The notes under the pieces were generated by a model. It was given only the letters and a program-made list of their open reading frames with translations, made no database searches and was not told the DNA's origin. Positions 20,204-31,231 of a stretch of DNA of 64,000 nt are shown here, piece by piece. Position numbers and translations under genes: made by a program. The stretch's first letter is position 1. Each line of letters begins with the position of its first letter. The stretch comes from an uncultured Clostridia bacterium. GTDB lineage: Bacteria > Bacillota > Clostridia > TANB77 > CAG-508. The stretch is taken from contig CALXWW010000001.1 of NCBI GenBank assembly GCA_944392545.1, forward strand, positions 68,033 to 132,032, given 5' to 3'.

Positions 20204-20250
20204 ATTATCTCCTTTATATTAAAAAGCCCATATTAAAGGGCTTTTATTCT

Positions 20251-21501
20251 TTATGCCAAACTAGCATATATTATTGTAAGAATATTTATTATCAATATTG
20301 TAATTATTACCACTCTTGTAATTTTATTATTTTTGTTTAATTCTTCAACATTATGTCTTTTATATGATACATCATACTCATTTTTTATTTTAGAATATGT
20401 TAACTCTATATCTAGATTCTTCATCCAGATTACTTCTAACCTTCTTCCAAATTCTTCATTTGTCATATCTTGTATCCATAATTGTTTTGTAAAATTTATT
20501 AACCCTTCTTCTGCTTTTTTAAATTTTCTTCTAAAATCATAGTTTAATTTATTTAATAGTATCTTCTTGTATAAAACTAATATGTATGTATATAAATACT
20601 CGCTTTCATACTTTTGAGGAACTATTGTAAAATTAGAAGTATTTATATTTGAAGTAAATAGTACTGTACTTGTAGATGTAAAACCATATTTTATATATTG
20701 ATTTTTATACATCAACTTTTTTTCTTCAAATTTGTCTGTTTCCCTCGTATATTTGTCATCTAATATTTGAGAGCTTGCAGGAAGTACAGAGCGATATTTT
20801 TCAAATAAATTATCCAGCTCTTCTTCTTTTGTATTTTCATTCCAGTCCTTTTGATCAAGACAAGCATATGAATATACAAAAAACTTTTCCGTACCTATAT
20901 TAGCTTCATTAGTAATATTTTCTGTTCCTGTTAATTCTTTTATTAAAACTGAAATATCTTTTACATTTTTAAATGTATTTGATTGTATTTTTATATTTTC
21001 GTATTCTTTTAAATTATATGCAATGGAATTAATTTCTCTAAATTTATAGTTAAAATTCAGTATATCAGAAAAATTTTCACTATTTTCTAAATTTGTTTTA
21101 AATACTAAAAAACATATTCCTGTCTTAAAGCATATAATTTTAATCTCTGATATTTCAAAAAAGATTCCGTTTTCATCGTTTACTTTACCTTGCAAATTTT
21201 CTGATAGTTCATAATTAAATATATTACATTCATGTTCTGCGAGTAATGTTGCTTTAACTGTAGTATCTAACTTTTTAAAATCTCTTAATCCTTGTTTATT
21301 AGCTTCAAACGACCAAAACATATAGTCTCTTATATTAGGTAGAAAATATGTATATAAATGTATATCTTTTTGCTTATCAAATATTCTTAATTTACACTTT
21401 TTATTTCTTAATAGTCCTTGTAAATATTTTTTATATTTTTCTTCTTCAATTACATACGGATAAATAAAATAAGTATACTGGTATTTTGTCATAAGTTCCA
21501 T
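20251..21501 (-). CDS. hypothetical protein with C-terminal TM helix
   Basis: 416-aa ORF with GGAGG RBS, lying in an operon. Confidence 0.75.
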   Translation of the reverse strand: MELMTKYQYTYFIYPYVIEEEKYKKYLQGLLRNKKCKLRIFDKQKDIHLYTYFLPNIRDYMFWSFEANKQGLRDFKKLDTTVKATLLAEHECNIFNYELSENLQGKVNDENGIFFEISEIKIICFKTGICFLVFKTNLENSENFSDILNFNYKFREINSIAYNLKEYENIKIQSNTFKNVKDISVLIKELTGTENITNEANIGTEKFFVYSYACLDQKDWNENTKEEELDNLFEKYRSVLPASSQILDDKYTRETDKFEEKKLMYKNQYIKYGFTSTSTVLFTSNINTSNFTIVPQKYESEYLYTYILVLYKKILLNKLNYDFRRKFKKAEEGLINFTKQLWIQDMTNEEFGRRLEVIWMKNLDIELTYSKIKNEYDVSYKRHNVEELNKNNKITRVVIITILIINILTIIYASLA

Positions 21502-21520
21502 TGATATTTCCTCCTATGTT

Positions 21521-23062
21521 TTATTTATCAGTAAAATAATATAAGTTTAAATCTTCACCTAAATGCCATTTACCAATAAACTCTACTAAAATATTATTAT
21601 CTAAATTATATGATGGTGCTACTGCTATTCGTCCTTGTGAGTCCACCGAACCCCATAGTCCATTTTGTTTTACACTTGCATATCCATAATCGTTTTGTTC
21701 TCTTGCATCATCATATATATAATTTACTACAACATTTCCATTTTTATCTACAAATCCATATTTTCCTTCTTCATTTCTACTTAAGAAAATTGTATTTCCA
21801 TTTAATATTTCTTGGCTTGTTTTTTCTTCAAATCTAAAATTATAATATTTATATGTATCATTATCTCTTACCTTTATATATCCTTTTGTCTCATTAACTT
21901 CTGATACGATTACATTTGATAATTTCACATTAAGATCTGAATCTAATAAATCCGATGTATAGTCTTTATTTATTCCCTCATAAAGGTTAGATGCCGCCCT
22001 ATATGATATATTCGAATATTTTAAGTCTACCAATATTTTTTTTGTATCATCTATAATTCCATATTTTCCATTATCTGCTACTATATATTTATTTCCTTCT
22101 GCATATGTAATACTATCATATTTTATATCTATTACATTTTTTCCTGAAGTTATAGAAACAACTCCATAATTTCCATCATTTTCAATAATTGCATTTTCTC
22201 CAGCTATAGATATTATATCCTCATAATCTCCATCTAAATATTTATTTCCCTCTGTATCTACTACTTCCCAGTTGTCATTTTCTTTAACTATATAGTATTT
22301 TCCTCCACCATATACATTTTTTATAGCATCATATTTTTCCTCTACTGCTACTGTCTTTGTATATGTTATTACTCCATATTGGTTGTCTTCATTTTTTACT
22401 ATGTATCCATCTTCAAATCTAGTAGAAATTGGTTTTATCTCTCTATATTTGTTATCAATAATTACTGACCCCACATTGTCAATTATTCCTAACTTTCCAC
22501 TTTTTTCTGTAAGTAAACTATTTTCTACACCTTTTAAAGCATTTATCGAGTCGTATTCACAATTTGCTATTTGTGTACCGTTAGTATCAATCAATCCATA
22601 TTTTCCATCTTTTGATACTTTTAATATTCCTGCCTGATACCACAAATTATTGCTTTCGTCATAATTCTCTATCGCTTCAACTGTATCATAAGTTGTAAAT
22701 AATTCCTCTCCCTTTTCATTTAATACTATTGTATTATAAGTGTTTTCATTATAGTTTACATCTGTTGTACATATAAATATAGCTTTTTGATTATCTGGTA
22801 TCACTATATATTCATCATATGTTGGCTCTATTATTGTATTTCCTCTTGAATCTATAACTCCCCATTTTCCGTTTGTATATATAGGAAAATATCTTAATAT
22901 TACAGATTTCTCTTTGACTGTATCTTCAGAACTAAATAGCTTTTTTATTCCTATAACAAACATAACTATTACTGCTATTGCTATTAATACAGCAAAAACC
23001 TTCTTTATGTTTAACTTTGGTTCTCCTTCATATCTTTTACCTCTACTCATAGTGACCTCCAA
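21521..23062 (-). CDS. WG-repeat membrane-anchored protein
   Basis: N-terminal TM and repeated NGKWGVID/GKYGLID/GKYGFVD motifs. The start may be the ATG at 23050. Confidence 0.88.
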   Translation of the reverse strand: MEVTMSRGKRYEGEPKLNIKKVFAVLIAIAVIVMFVIGIKKLFSSEDTVKEKSVILRYFPIYTNGKWGVIDSRGNTIIEPTYDEYIVIPDNQKAIFICTTDVNYNENTYNTIVLNEKGEELFTTYDTVEAIENYDESNNLWYQAGILKVSKDGKYGLIDTNGTQIANCEYDSINALKGVENSLLTEKSGKLGIIDNVGSVIIDNKYREIKPISTRFEDGYIVKNEDNQYGVITYTKTVAVEEKYDAIKNVYGGGKYYIVKENDNWEVVDTEGNKYLDGDYEDIISIAGENAIIENDGNYGVVSITSGKNVIDIKYDSITYAEGNKYIVADNGKYGIIDDTKKILVDLKYSNISYRAASNLYEGINKDYTSDLLDSDLNVKLSNVIVSEVNETKGYIKVRDNDTYKYYNFRFEEKTSQEILNGNTIFLSRNEEGKYGFVDKNGNVVVNYIYDDAREQNDYGYASVKQNGLWGSVDSQGRIAVAPSYNLDNNILVEFIGKWHLGEDLNLYYFTDK

Positions 23063-23366
23063 AATAGATATTTTTTTACATGTATACTATATCATATTTA
23101 CGGGTACAATTACAACATTATTATACATTTTTCACAAAAATAGACTTATTTTATTAATACTTAAGTAAATATTTTAATAAATATTTAAATCTAAAAAATA
23201 ATTTAAATATTAAAAACTTAAAAATTTGGTAGATAATCTCAAAATAATTTTTGAGCCCCCACCAAATTTTTTCTTAGGAATTCTGTTAAAATCTACTTGA
23301 CTGATAACTAGATAAAACCTTCTTGATAAAATATTATCTTATTTTATATTTAATTACAGTCTAATT

Positions 23367-25865
23367 TTATTTTTTAGTAATTTTCGCTACGATTACACTC
23401 ATATCGTCTTTTTGCTTACCGTAGTCATTGTCTATCGCTTCTCCAATGATTATATCTGCTATCTTTTGAGCATCGTTTATTTCTATATCTTCTAATAAGT
23501 ACTTTAACCATAATTGCTTATTTACATATTCTTTATTTGAATCTAGTACTCCATCTGTACACATCACAAGTATGTCTCCTTCTTGAAGATCGTAATCATA
23601 TACAACTAAATCTACGTTACTCAATATTCCAGTAGGAAGTGCCATAGATTTTAGTAATTGGACGTTTTTGCCCCTTTTTACATATGTTGGACAAGCACAG
23701 TTTTTTATAAATTCCATATTTCCATTAAACAAATCTAGTATTTCTATATCTAAAGTTGCATACATATCTTCTTCTGTATTTGCTGAAAGTGTAGAATTTA
23801 TTAGTTTCAAAGATACTTCTTTTTCGAATCCAGCAGATAATAATCTTTCTAACATTTTTACTGCTATTTTACTACTTTTCATAGCCTCTGGTCCAGACCC
23901 CATGCCATCACTTAATGCTAGCAGATACTTGCCGTCTTGTAATTTTATCTGCAAACTACTATCTCCAGATACCGGTGATCCCGATTTTGTTGATTTTGCA
24001 GTACCTATCTGTATATTGTACTTATCGTCCGATATATATGTGAATTTGCAAGTATCTTTATTTAATCTTAATCCACATACCTGATTTTGTAGAATTAAAT
24101 TTTGTTCTAATACTTTATTTAATATTTTGTTTATTTTTCTTACATCACATTCTGTTCCGTCTAAATTATCGCATACGTCTGTATATATATCAACAATATA
24201 CCTTTTGGAATTAGTTTGCTTTATTTCTATATTCTTTATTTCTATATCTTTTTGTTCTAGCAATTTTAGTATTTCTTCTTTTTGAATAGAAAATTCATCA
24301 TCTTCTTTATTAATATCATCTGCCATTTTTGAAATAGCCTCTGATACTCCTCTTAATTGTTCTGATATGTTTTTCTTACTTTCATCCAACTTTTTCTTCC
24401 AAATAAAGTTTATTTTACTAACTCTATATGAATAATTTATCGCTTTAACTATTTTATACACATCTTCGTTTGCCTGGTTCTTAGTGTTTTCAAATCCTAC
24501 AACATAGTTGTTATTTTTCTCCATTATCTTAACAAATTCTTTCTCTGTTATCACGTCATTTTCTACTAAGTAATTAAATATGTCTGTTATTAATTCTTCC
24601 GTAGGATAGTATATCTCTTCATAAAGCATATTATCTTCTAGTTCTTCTAAATTTTTCTTTAACTCTTCCATAAAAATATCTATATTTGCCTTTTCTTGCG
24701 CCTTTAATTCTTTTTCTGAAAGTATTGTTGCTGCTGCTTCGCTATAGCTCTCTGCCATATCAAAAATAGTATCAGACATACTGTTTAATTTAAATATAGT
24801 ATCTTTATTTTCTTCTAAATCTCTTTCCGTTCTTTCTGGTAATAGTTTTGTACTTCCAACCAAATCTTCTATATTAATCTCTATGTTTTTAGGAATGATT
24901 AAAAGTCCCAATGAAGCTATTAGTATCTCTTGAAATACTATAAGGTCTACTGTATTTCCATTGGCAGCATACGCTAAAATTACATTTCCTAGCGTAAATC
25001 CCGCTATTACGCCTAATCTACCCAACCTATTTAAAAGCCCTGCAATCAATCCAGATATTGCATACGCTGCAATCATTATAGGTTCTGTACCTGTAATAAT
25101 TCCTAGAACTACTCCTATAGTTATTCCACCAGTTGCACCTACTAGCATACCATTTTTCCATCCAAGTACTAAAACTATTAATATACTTAAAATATTTTTT
25201 AATGAAAAACCAAAAATGCTTAAACTTCCAAACGCTGTTATGGTTATTGCAAGTAAAAGGCTTGTCCCTGTTACTTCCTCTATAGAAAATGCTCTTCTTT
25301 TTCCAAAATCTATTATCATTGTAATTGAATTTGTAAATATTTTATAAAATATGTAGGCTGTCATGGCAAGCATTATACTGGTTAATAAATCAAACACGTA
25401 AAAAGTTCTAAAGAACATTGGTATTATTTGTACCAGTATAACTGCAAAGAATAAGTGAAATCCTATCTTTCGTCTTTCATTAACATTATCCTGTATTTTA
25501 GGTCTTACTACTAAGACCATTGAAAATAAAACTAATGAAGTTATAAAATATATAATTAAATTATTAAATCCAAATCCAATAAATGTTCCTATTAAAGATA
25601 ATACATACATTATCCCAATAGGTCTATTATTACTTAAAGAGCTTGCAATAATGGCTAGTCCAAATGGAGACAATGAAAACATTAAAGCACTTTCATCAAA
25701 TCCTACCATAGATATTAAAAAAGTTACTGCATATAGCATAATGTTTTGTCTTGCAAATAACCTTTTTAGCACATCTTTTGCACTAACTTTTTTATTTTCT
25801 TCAATATTGTCGTCATTTTGATTATCCAATAAGTCTCTTGTTATATTTTGAAACATAGTAACCAC
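23367..25865 (-). CDS. spoIIE: stage II sporulation protein E (PP2C phosphatase)
   Basis: About 10 TMs, SGDS, LSDGMGSG, ATLDI, TDGV, DDMSV. Confidence 0.93.
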   Translation of the reverse strand: MVTMFQNITRDLLDNQNDDNIEENKKVSAKDVLKRLFARQNIMLYAVTFLISMVGFDESALMFSLSPFGLAIIASSLSNNRPIGIMYVLSLIGTFIGFGFNNLIIYFITSLVLFSMVLVVRPKIQDNVNERRKIGFHLFFAVILVQIIPMFFRTFYVFDLLTSIMLAMTAYIFYKIFTNSITMIIDFGKRRAFSIEEVTGTSLLLAITITAFGSLSIFGFSLKNILSILIVLVLGWKNGMLVGATGGITIGVVLGIITGTEPIMIAAYAISGLIAGLLNRLGRLGVIAGFTLGNVILAYAANGNTVDLIVFQEILIASLGLLIIPKNIEINIEDLVGSTKLLPERTERDLEENKDTIFKLNSMSDTIFDMAESYSEAAATILSEKELKAQEKANIDIFMEELKKNLEELEDNMLYEEIYYPTEELITDIFNYLVENDVITEKEFVKIMEKNNNYVVGFENTKNQANEDVYKIVKAINYSYRVSKINFIWKKKLDESKKNISEQLRGVSEAISKMADDINKEDDEFSIQKEEILKLLEQKDIEIKNIEIKQTNSKRYIVDIYTDVCDNLDGTECDVRKINKILNKVLEQNLILQNQVCGLRLNKDTCKFTYISDDKYNIQIGTAKSTKSGSPVSGDSSLQIKLQDGKYLLALSDGMGSGPEAMKSSKIAVKMLERLLSAGFEKEVSLKLINSTLSANTEEDMYATLDIEILDLFNGNMEFIKNCACPTYVKRGKNVQLLKSMALPTGILSNVDLVVYDYDLQEGDILVMCTDGVLDSNKEYVNKQLWLKYLLEDIEINDAQKIADIIIGEAIDNDYGKQKDDMSVIVAKITKK

Positions 25866-26159
25866 CTCTACCTTTTTATTTATGCATTAATGTTCTTATT
25901 AAATAGTTTTCATTTGTGTTAATAGTATTTCTTAATGCTACCCTATTATAGTCTTTTTTTTAGATGTTTTTTGTCACATTTAATCCATAATATAAAAAAG
26001 TTTTTTACAAAATGTGATGTGCTTTTTATTATTTTATTCTTATTTAACAATTTTCTCATATTATTTTATCTTAAAATAGCACTTTTTTCAATAATTTGCT
26101 GATAAAAATTTAATTTTATACTTCTCAAGATATATTATTTACTTTAATACTTAATACAG

Positions 26160-26198
26160 TATTGAGGTAGAAAACATTTAAAGTTTTCTACCTCAATA
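26160..26198. terminator. intrinsic terminator after the surface-protein pair
   Basis: TATTGAGGTAGAAAAC...GTTTTCTACCTCAATA. Confidence 0.85.
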
Positions 26199-26218
26199 AA
26201 TTAGTATCTGTATTTTAT

Positions 26219-29200
26219 TTATTTGTTGTCATTCTTTTTTAATACTTTTACTTTAATTAATACAATTCCAACTACCAGTATTGCCGCTACAATTCCAGCT
26301 ATCATATAGAAGAAGTTATTCTCACCAAACGGTGTTAATATAACTATTCTTTCTGCTACACTACTATCTACTTCTGAAGCATCATCTAATAGTGGATCTT
26401 GATTTCCTACCACTGAGTATGCCATCCTTCTACCATTTTCATTAGATGTTTTTACAATTTCAACCATGTTAGTATATTGTAAGTCATCCTCTGTATTCTC
26501 TGGCGTAATTAATTGTGATAATACTAATGTTTTGCTTACTTCATCTCCTGGCGCTAATTCTGTGTTAAAGTTTGAAGTTTGAATTATATTATTAAATTTT
26601 GCAATGTTATTTGTTAATCTTCCATTTACTAAATCGCCATTCAACAAGTCCTCATTTGATATAACTGACCATCCATCCTTACTATTTGCGCTATTATTTG
26701 CCTCAAATTGTAAATTGTTTTGTACGTAATCTACTACTTGTTCCGCTGTAGTTGTCGATACATGTGCACCTGAAATATCTCCTTTATAGTAGAAATTCTT
26801 TTGAGCCCCATCAACATAATCTACCTCACCTACGTTTGTAACTTTTATAGCGTATGTTACTTGGATCGTAGCACCATGCATTAACTCTTCATCCATTGTA
26901 ATCTGTACTAAACCTTTATCTGTATCTCTTACAATGTTTTCTATTTCATCTCTGTATGAATATCTATGTTTACTTTCGTCCCCATAGTATTCTTTATACA
27001 TTCCTATAGCATCTCCTTCTTGATAGTAATCGTTTCCTCCAACTCGGTTATCGTCTGCATCTATTTTGTTTTTGTCTATGCTATATTCTTTATGGTCTTG
27101 CCACAACGCATTGTTTGCAGCTTCATTTATATCAAATAATACACTATTATTTGCAAGTGTTACTTTAATGTTTGCTATAGATTTATCTATTTCAAGTTGT
27201 GCTTTTGGTCTTTCCGTTAATCCTAAATCTATATTATTTAACGTGTAGTTACTATTATATTGGTTGTTTCCGACATAATCTTTGCTTGAGTTAGATGAGT
27301 TGTTTAATGTTCCTTTATCTCCATCAGATTGTTGTCTATCATACTCAAATTCAACTACTATAACTCCTGTTTCAGCTGTCATATATGTATTGTCCATAAG
27401 TTCGTTATATAAGCTTGAATCTCCACTATATGGTGAAGCTAAAACTTCTGCTATATGATTTGTTACGTCTTTATTACTGTAATCTATTACTCTGTCTCTA
27501 CCTGCAACTTCTCTTGCCGAATTTACCGGTCCTATAATATTTAATCCAGATCTATTTGAAGTACTCCATATATCTTTTGCATCTGAGTAATTTGTCGAGT
27601 CACTATCTGCTTTATATATATCATATCCGTATGTACCACTTTCATTTTGTGTCTCTGTATTTGTGTATCCTACATACTTTCCGGATGAATCCGTTTGTCC
27701 TGATTGATCTATTCCGTCTTGATATGTTGTAGACTTGAAGTCTTGTCCATTGTATGATACTGATTGCTCTCCTGATGGAATAGCTGTTGCCTCAGTATCC
27801 CCATAGTAAAATCTTATTACATAGTCTCCTGGTATATAACTTTCAAAGGCGTATCTACCATCTCCGTTTGTTGTTGTTTCTTGCCAAATATATTCTGAAC
27901 CATCTATACATTTTTCAACTAATTGTACTGTCACTCCGCTTATTCCTGTCTCTTCCTCTTGTCTTATACCGTCTCCTATAATTGCATCTGTAGAATTATT
28001 TGGGTCTCCGAATGTTTCAGTACGTTCATCTTCCCATACAGTACCATTTGCACGTCTTATAGCATCTTCATCTATTATTACTCTTAAAGACGGTGCTCTA
28101 TCTGTGTCATCTTCAAAGTTCTTTTCATATTTTTCTACTTTCATATCTTTTTCTTCAAGGTTACCTGGGTTAGAATCCCTATCTAATAATCCAGCTATAT
28201 CTTTAGAACCTTTGCTTACTCCGTTTGGAAGTTTTGTTCCATCTTTGTAGTATGTCATATATCCATTTATTTCAGCAATATTTTCTTTAGCATTAGTATC
28301 CTCATCTAATATTATTTTGTTTTCTTGTTTGTTTACTTCGAATGTTAAATAAATATATGCACTCTCTCCAGTCGCTAGTTTTTTATTTTCTAATCCTCTA
28401 ATATATAGATTTTGATACTGTTCTCCTAAGTTTTTCTCATTTCCATATCGACTTTTTCCTTCTTCTGCTTTAACATCTCTTGAATTGTCTATGAAGGCTA
28501 AAGCTGTTGTGCTCTCTCTGTCTATTATATCTTGATCTTGTGCCATCATTTCATAGTATTGATCTTTACTTACAGTAGTACTAGTATTATTTCCATCTTT
28601 ATACATTATCCATGATAAGTTTGGTTTGTATGTATATTCTGAATCATAGTAATCCACTACTTCTTTTATCTGTGACATTATACTCATTGATTGGTTCTTT
28701 ACTGTAATCTTGTATGTTATATATACTTCTAAATCAGATCCTGGGTGATTTAATTCTGATGAATTATAGTTGTAATCAGTTTCATATATTTCTCTGTTAT
28801 ATCCACTGTTATAGTATGCCTCATAATCTGACATTCTTACATTTATGTCCCAATATGTATTATTGTCATTTCCGTCTGCATTATTTGAGCCTTCTTCCTG
28901 TTCTGCTCTTTTATCATAAGAATATATCACTGTTTTGTTATTTATTTTTAATGCTGCTTTATATACATCTTTTCTAACAGCCGCATCAAATTCCGGCCTT
29001 CTATATAGTCCTAAATTTATATATAATTGTCCCGGACGAACTGAGTATAAATCAATTTTTCCATTAAATGGTGAACCTGAATATGCTTGTATATAACAAT
29101 CTTCTATAAATTGTAGTTTTCTTAATGTTTCTTTATTTCCACCTGCAATATCATTGTATATACGTTTCATTTCATTATCACTTGGAAATTCTCCATGGCT

Positions 29201-31210
29201 TTCTATATATTCTCTTACCTTCCTTGAAATTTCTCCTTCTGAGAAATTAGTAGTTTCTATACCATTTTTATCATATTCAAATCCATCTACTAATTGTACT
29301 TCTGTTTTAGCATATGTTCCATCATCATTTAATGTATATCCCATTAAATCTAATTGAGTATATACTGCATTTTTACTTCCTACACCTAAAGTGTTGCTCG
29401 AAGGATAATTTTCTGGATATGATGCTATTTCTGAAAATCTTTCATCCAATTCTTTTCTAGAAATGTCTATTCCTTTAACCCTACCTTCTTCAGACTCTGT
29501 ACCTTTTGATGTTACCTTCCATTCTGTTGTATTATATAATCCTGCATTTAGCATTTGCTCAACCGAATTATATTGTCCTTTTTCAGTATTTAAGTATTCT
29601 GTTGGTTGATATCTTTGTCCATTATATTCAAATACCACATAGTATTTCTTTAGTGGATCCAAGCCTAAGAATAAATATTCTCCATTCTCATCCGTATATG
29701 TAGGATTTATTGTATGATATATGTTTGATGGATCTGTACTTTCTTTACTATTGTCAGTATATAATTTTGCTACATTTCCATCTTCATCATATAACGTTAC
29801 TTTTACATTTTTTAATCTTATATCTACATTTTCTCCCGTTGTGTTACTTACACCATCAACCATTGATTCTTTTCCTGTTGGTACATCTTCCCATACATGT
29901 CCACCAAGTTTCGTCATAATATCTATCTTGTCAGTTTCTAAATATGTTTTATATAATTGTCTTTTTCCCTCTAGTGTACTTATGTGATCTTGTAATGGGA
30001 AATCTTCCAATTTAGAATATGCTGTACAAGAATTTCCAGTATGGTCATGTCTCCATTTTACAACATATGAATGTGCATCCATTTCACAAACATTTGCCGA
30101 TGCGCTCATCCATTGAAATTCTATATGTAAAGCAAGCCTGCTTACAGCTTGTTTTGAATCTGTTGTTCCTTTATTTGGATTTGATATTTTTAAGTAAAAT
30201 TCATCTTCTCCTGCTGAAACTCCTTTTGGATATACCTGTTTAGAATAATCCACATATGAGCCGTCATCCGTTTTTGGCTCAAAGAATTCCAAATCATATT
30301 CTTTACCATCATATATATATTTTTGTATCTCTACCCTATCTTTTACAATCTCGCCATTAGAATTATATCCTATGAAGTACATGTCTGATATTCCACCGAA
30401 TGTCACTCCTTCATAAGTACCATTTATATAGTCTATTGACAAAGGTCCTATTGTTAAGGTTTGTGCTTCATAATCAACTAGGGTTTTAACATCTTCTAGC
30501 TTAGTTTGGTCTTTAGCATTAATTTTTGTTTCTGTTGTGCTTGCCCCTTCTGCATTTGCTGTTCTGTCAAAAAACTCCTCATATCTTAAAGCTTCTTGGT
30601 ATAGTTTCTTTCCTTCTTTACTAATAGGTTCGTCATCTCCTCTTTTTGTTGCAAAGTCTGTACACCATAATGCATTTTGTTTAACTTCATTCCATTCTCC
30701 CATTGGTGGGTATGTTACTATATATGCCACATCCGGATGATACTCGCCATTAGGATCTATTAAATTATGATGGTTTCCCGTACAATACATATATGGATAA
30801 CTTGTCTCTTCGTTGTTTTCAAATTTTCTACAGTAACCATAAGTTGTTGGCCATTGCTTTTCATTTCCTTGCAAATCCCCATATTTCAGCGCTGTTTCTA
30901 TTGTTATAAAATATAATTCCTTACGAAACATTGTCCCATGGTTTACGCAGTAGAACTCTCTTCCTTCTGCAATAGCTAAAGCTGGGGCTGTAGGCGATGT
31001 GTATTGGTTTGTAAATTCTCTTATTTCTAAGCTTCCATCTTTATGTGTTACCACTGTTTCTGCAATCTTTTCTATCGGATTTCCTTTATATGCAGTAAAA
31101 TTGGTTGTTCCGTCTTCTGCAAAAGAAATTCTACTTAGTAGCATTAAAATAAAACTTATAATTCCAATTGCTATTATTATAAAGATTTTCTTTGCTTTAT
31201 TTGTCTCCAT
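26219..31210 (-). CDS. giant cell-surface protein (putative thioester domain, SdrD-B/Cna-B-like and DUF11-like domains, C-terminal anchor)
   Basis: Signal peptide, FYCVNHG and KQNALW motifs, GxVWED...VxVxL...T..NG.Y.F domains, NIAEI...DRDSNPGN, C-terminal TM plus basic tail. Confidence 0.8.
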   Translation of the reverse strand: METNKAKKIFIIIAIGIISFILMLLSRISFAEDGTTNFTAYKGNPIEKIAETVVTHKDGSLEIREFTNQYTSPTAPALAIAEGREFYCVNHGTMFRKELYFITIETALKYGDLQGNEKQWPTTYGYCRKFENNEETSYPYMYCTGNHHNLIDPNGEYHPDVAYIVTYPPMGEWNEVKQNALWCTDFATKRGDDEPISKEGKKLYQEALRYEEFFDRTANAEGASTTETKINAKDQTKLEDVKTLVDYEAQTLTIGPLSIDYINGTYEGVTFGGISDMYFIGYNSNGEIVKDRVEIQKYIYDGKEYDLEFFEPKTDDGSYVDYSKQVYPKGVSAGEDEFYLKISNPNKGTTDSKQAVSRLALHIEFQWMSASANVCEMDAHSYVVKWRHDHTGNSCTAYSKLEDFPLQDHISTLEGKRQLYKTYLETDKIDIMTKLGGHVWEDVPTGKESMVDGVSNTTGENVDIRLKNVKVTLYDEDGNVAKLYTDNSKESTDPSNIYHTINPTYTDENGEYLFLGLDPLKKYYVVFEYNGQRYQPTEYLNTEKGQYNSVEQMLNAGLYNTTEWKVTSKGTESEEGRVKGIDISRKELDERFSEIASYPENYPSSNTLGVGSKNAVYTQLDLMGYTLNDDGTYAKTEVQLVDGFEYDKNGIETTNFSEGEISRKVREYIESHGEFPSDNEMKRIYNDIAGGNKETLRKLQFIEDCYIQAYSGSPFNGKIDLYSVRPGQLYINLGLYRRPEFDAAVRKDVYKAALKINNKTVIYSYDKRAEQEEGSNNADGNDNNTYWDINVRMSDYEAYYNSGYNREIYETDYNYNSSELNHPGSDLEVYITYKITVKNQSMSIMSQIKEVVDYYDSEYTYKPNLSWIMYKDGNNTSTTVSKDQYYEMMAQDQDIIDRESTTALAFIDNSRDVKAEEGKSRYGNEKNLGEQYQNLYIRGLENKKLATGESAYIYLTFEVNKQENKIILDEDTNAKENIAEINGYMTYYKDGTKLPNGVSKGSKDIAGLLDRDSNPGNLEEKDMKVEKYEKNFEDDTDRAPSLRVIIDEDAIRRANGTVWEDERTETFGDPNNSTDAIIGDGIRQEEETGISGVTVQLVEKCIDGSEYIWQETTTNGDGRYAFESYIPGDYVIRFYYGDTEATAIPSGEQSVSYNGQDFKSTTYQDGIDQSGQTDSSGKYVGYTNTETQNESGTYGYDIYKADSDSTNYSDAKDIWSTSNRSGLNIIGPVNSAREVAGRDRVIDYSNKDVTNHIAEVLASPYSGDSSLYNELMDNTYMTAETGVIVVEFEYDRQQSDGDKGTLNNSSNSSKDYVGNNQYNSNYTLNNIDLGLTERPKAQLEIDKSIANIKVTLANNSVLFDINEAANNALWQDHKEYSIDKNKIDADDNRVGGNDYYQEGDAIGMYKEYYGDESKHRYSYRDEIENIVRDTDKGLVQITMDEELMHGATIQVTYAIKVTNVGEVDYVDGAQKNFYYKGDISGAHVSTTTAEQVVDYVQNNLQFEANNSANSKDGWSVISNEDLLNGDLVNGRLTNNIAKFNNIIQTSNFNTELAPGDEVSKTLVLSQLITPENTEDDLQYTNMVEIVKTSNENGRRMAYSVVGNQDPLLDDASEVDSSVAERIVILTPFGENNFFYMIAGIVAAILVVGIVLIKVKVLKKNDNK

Positions 31211-31231
31211 TTTTCTACTTCCTCCTTTCTT

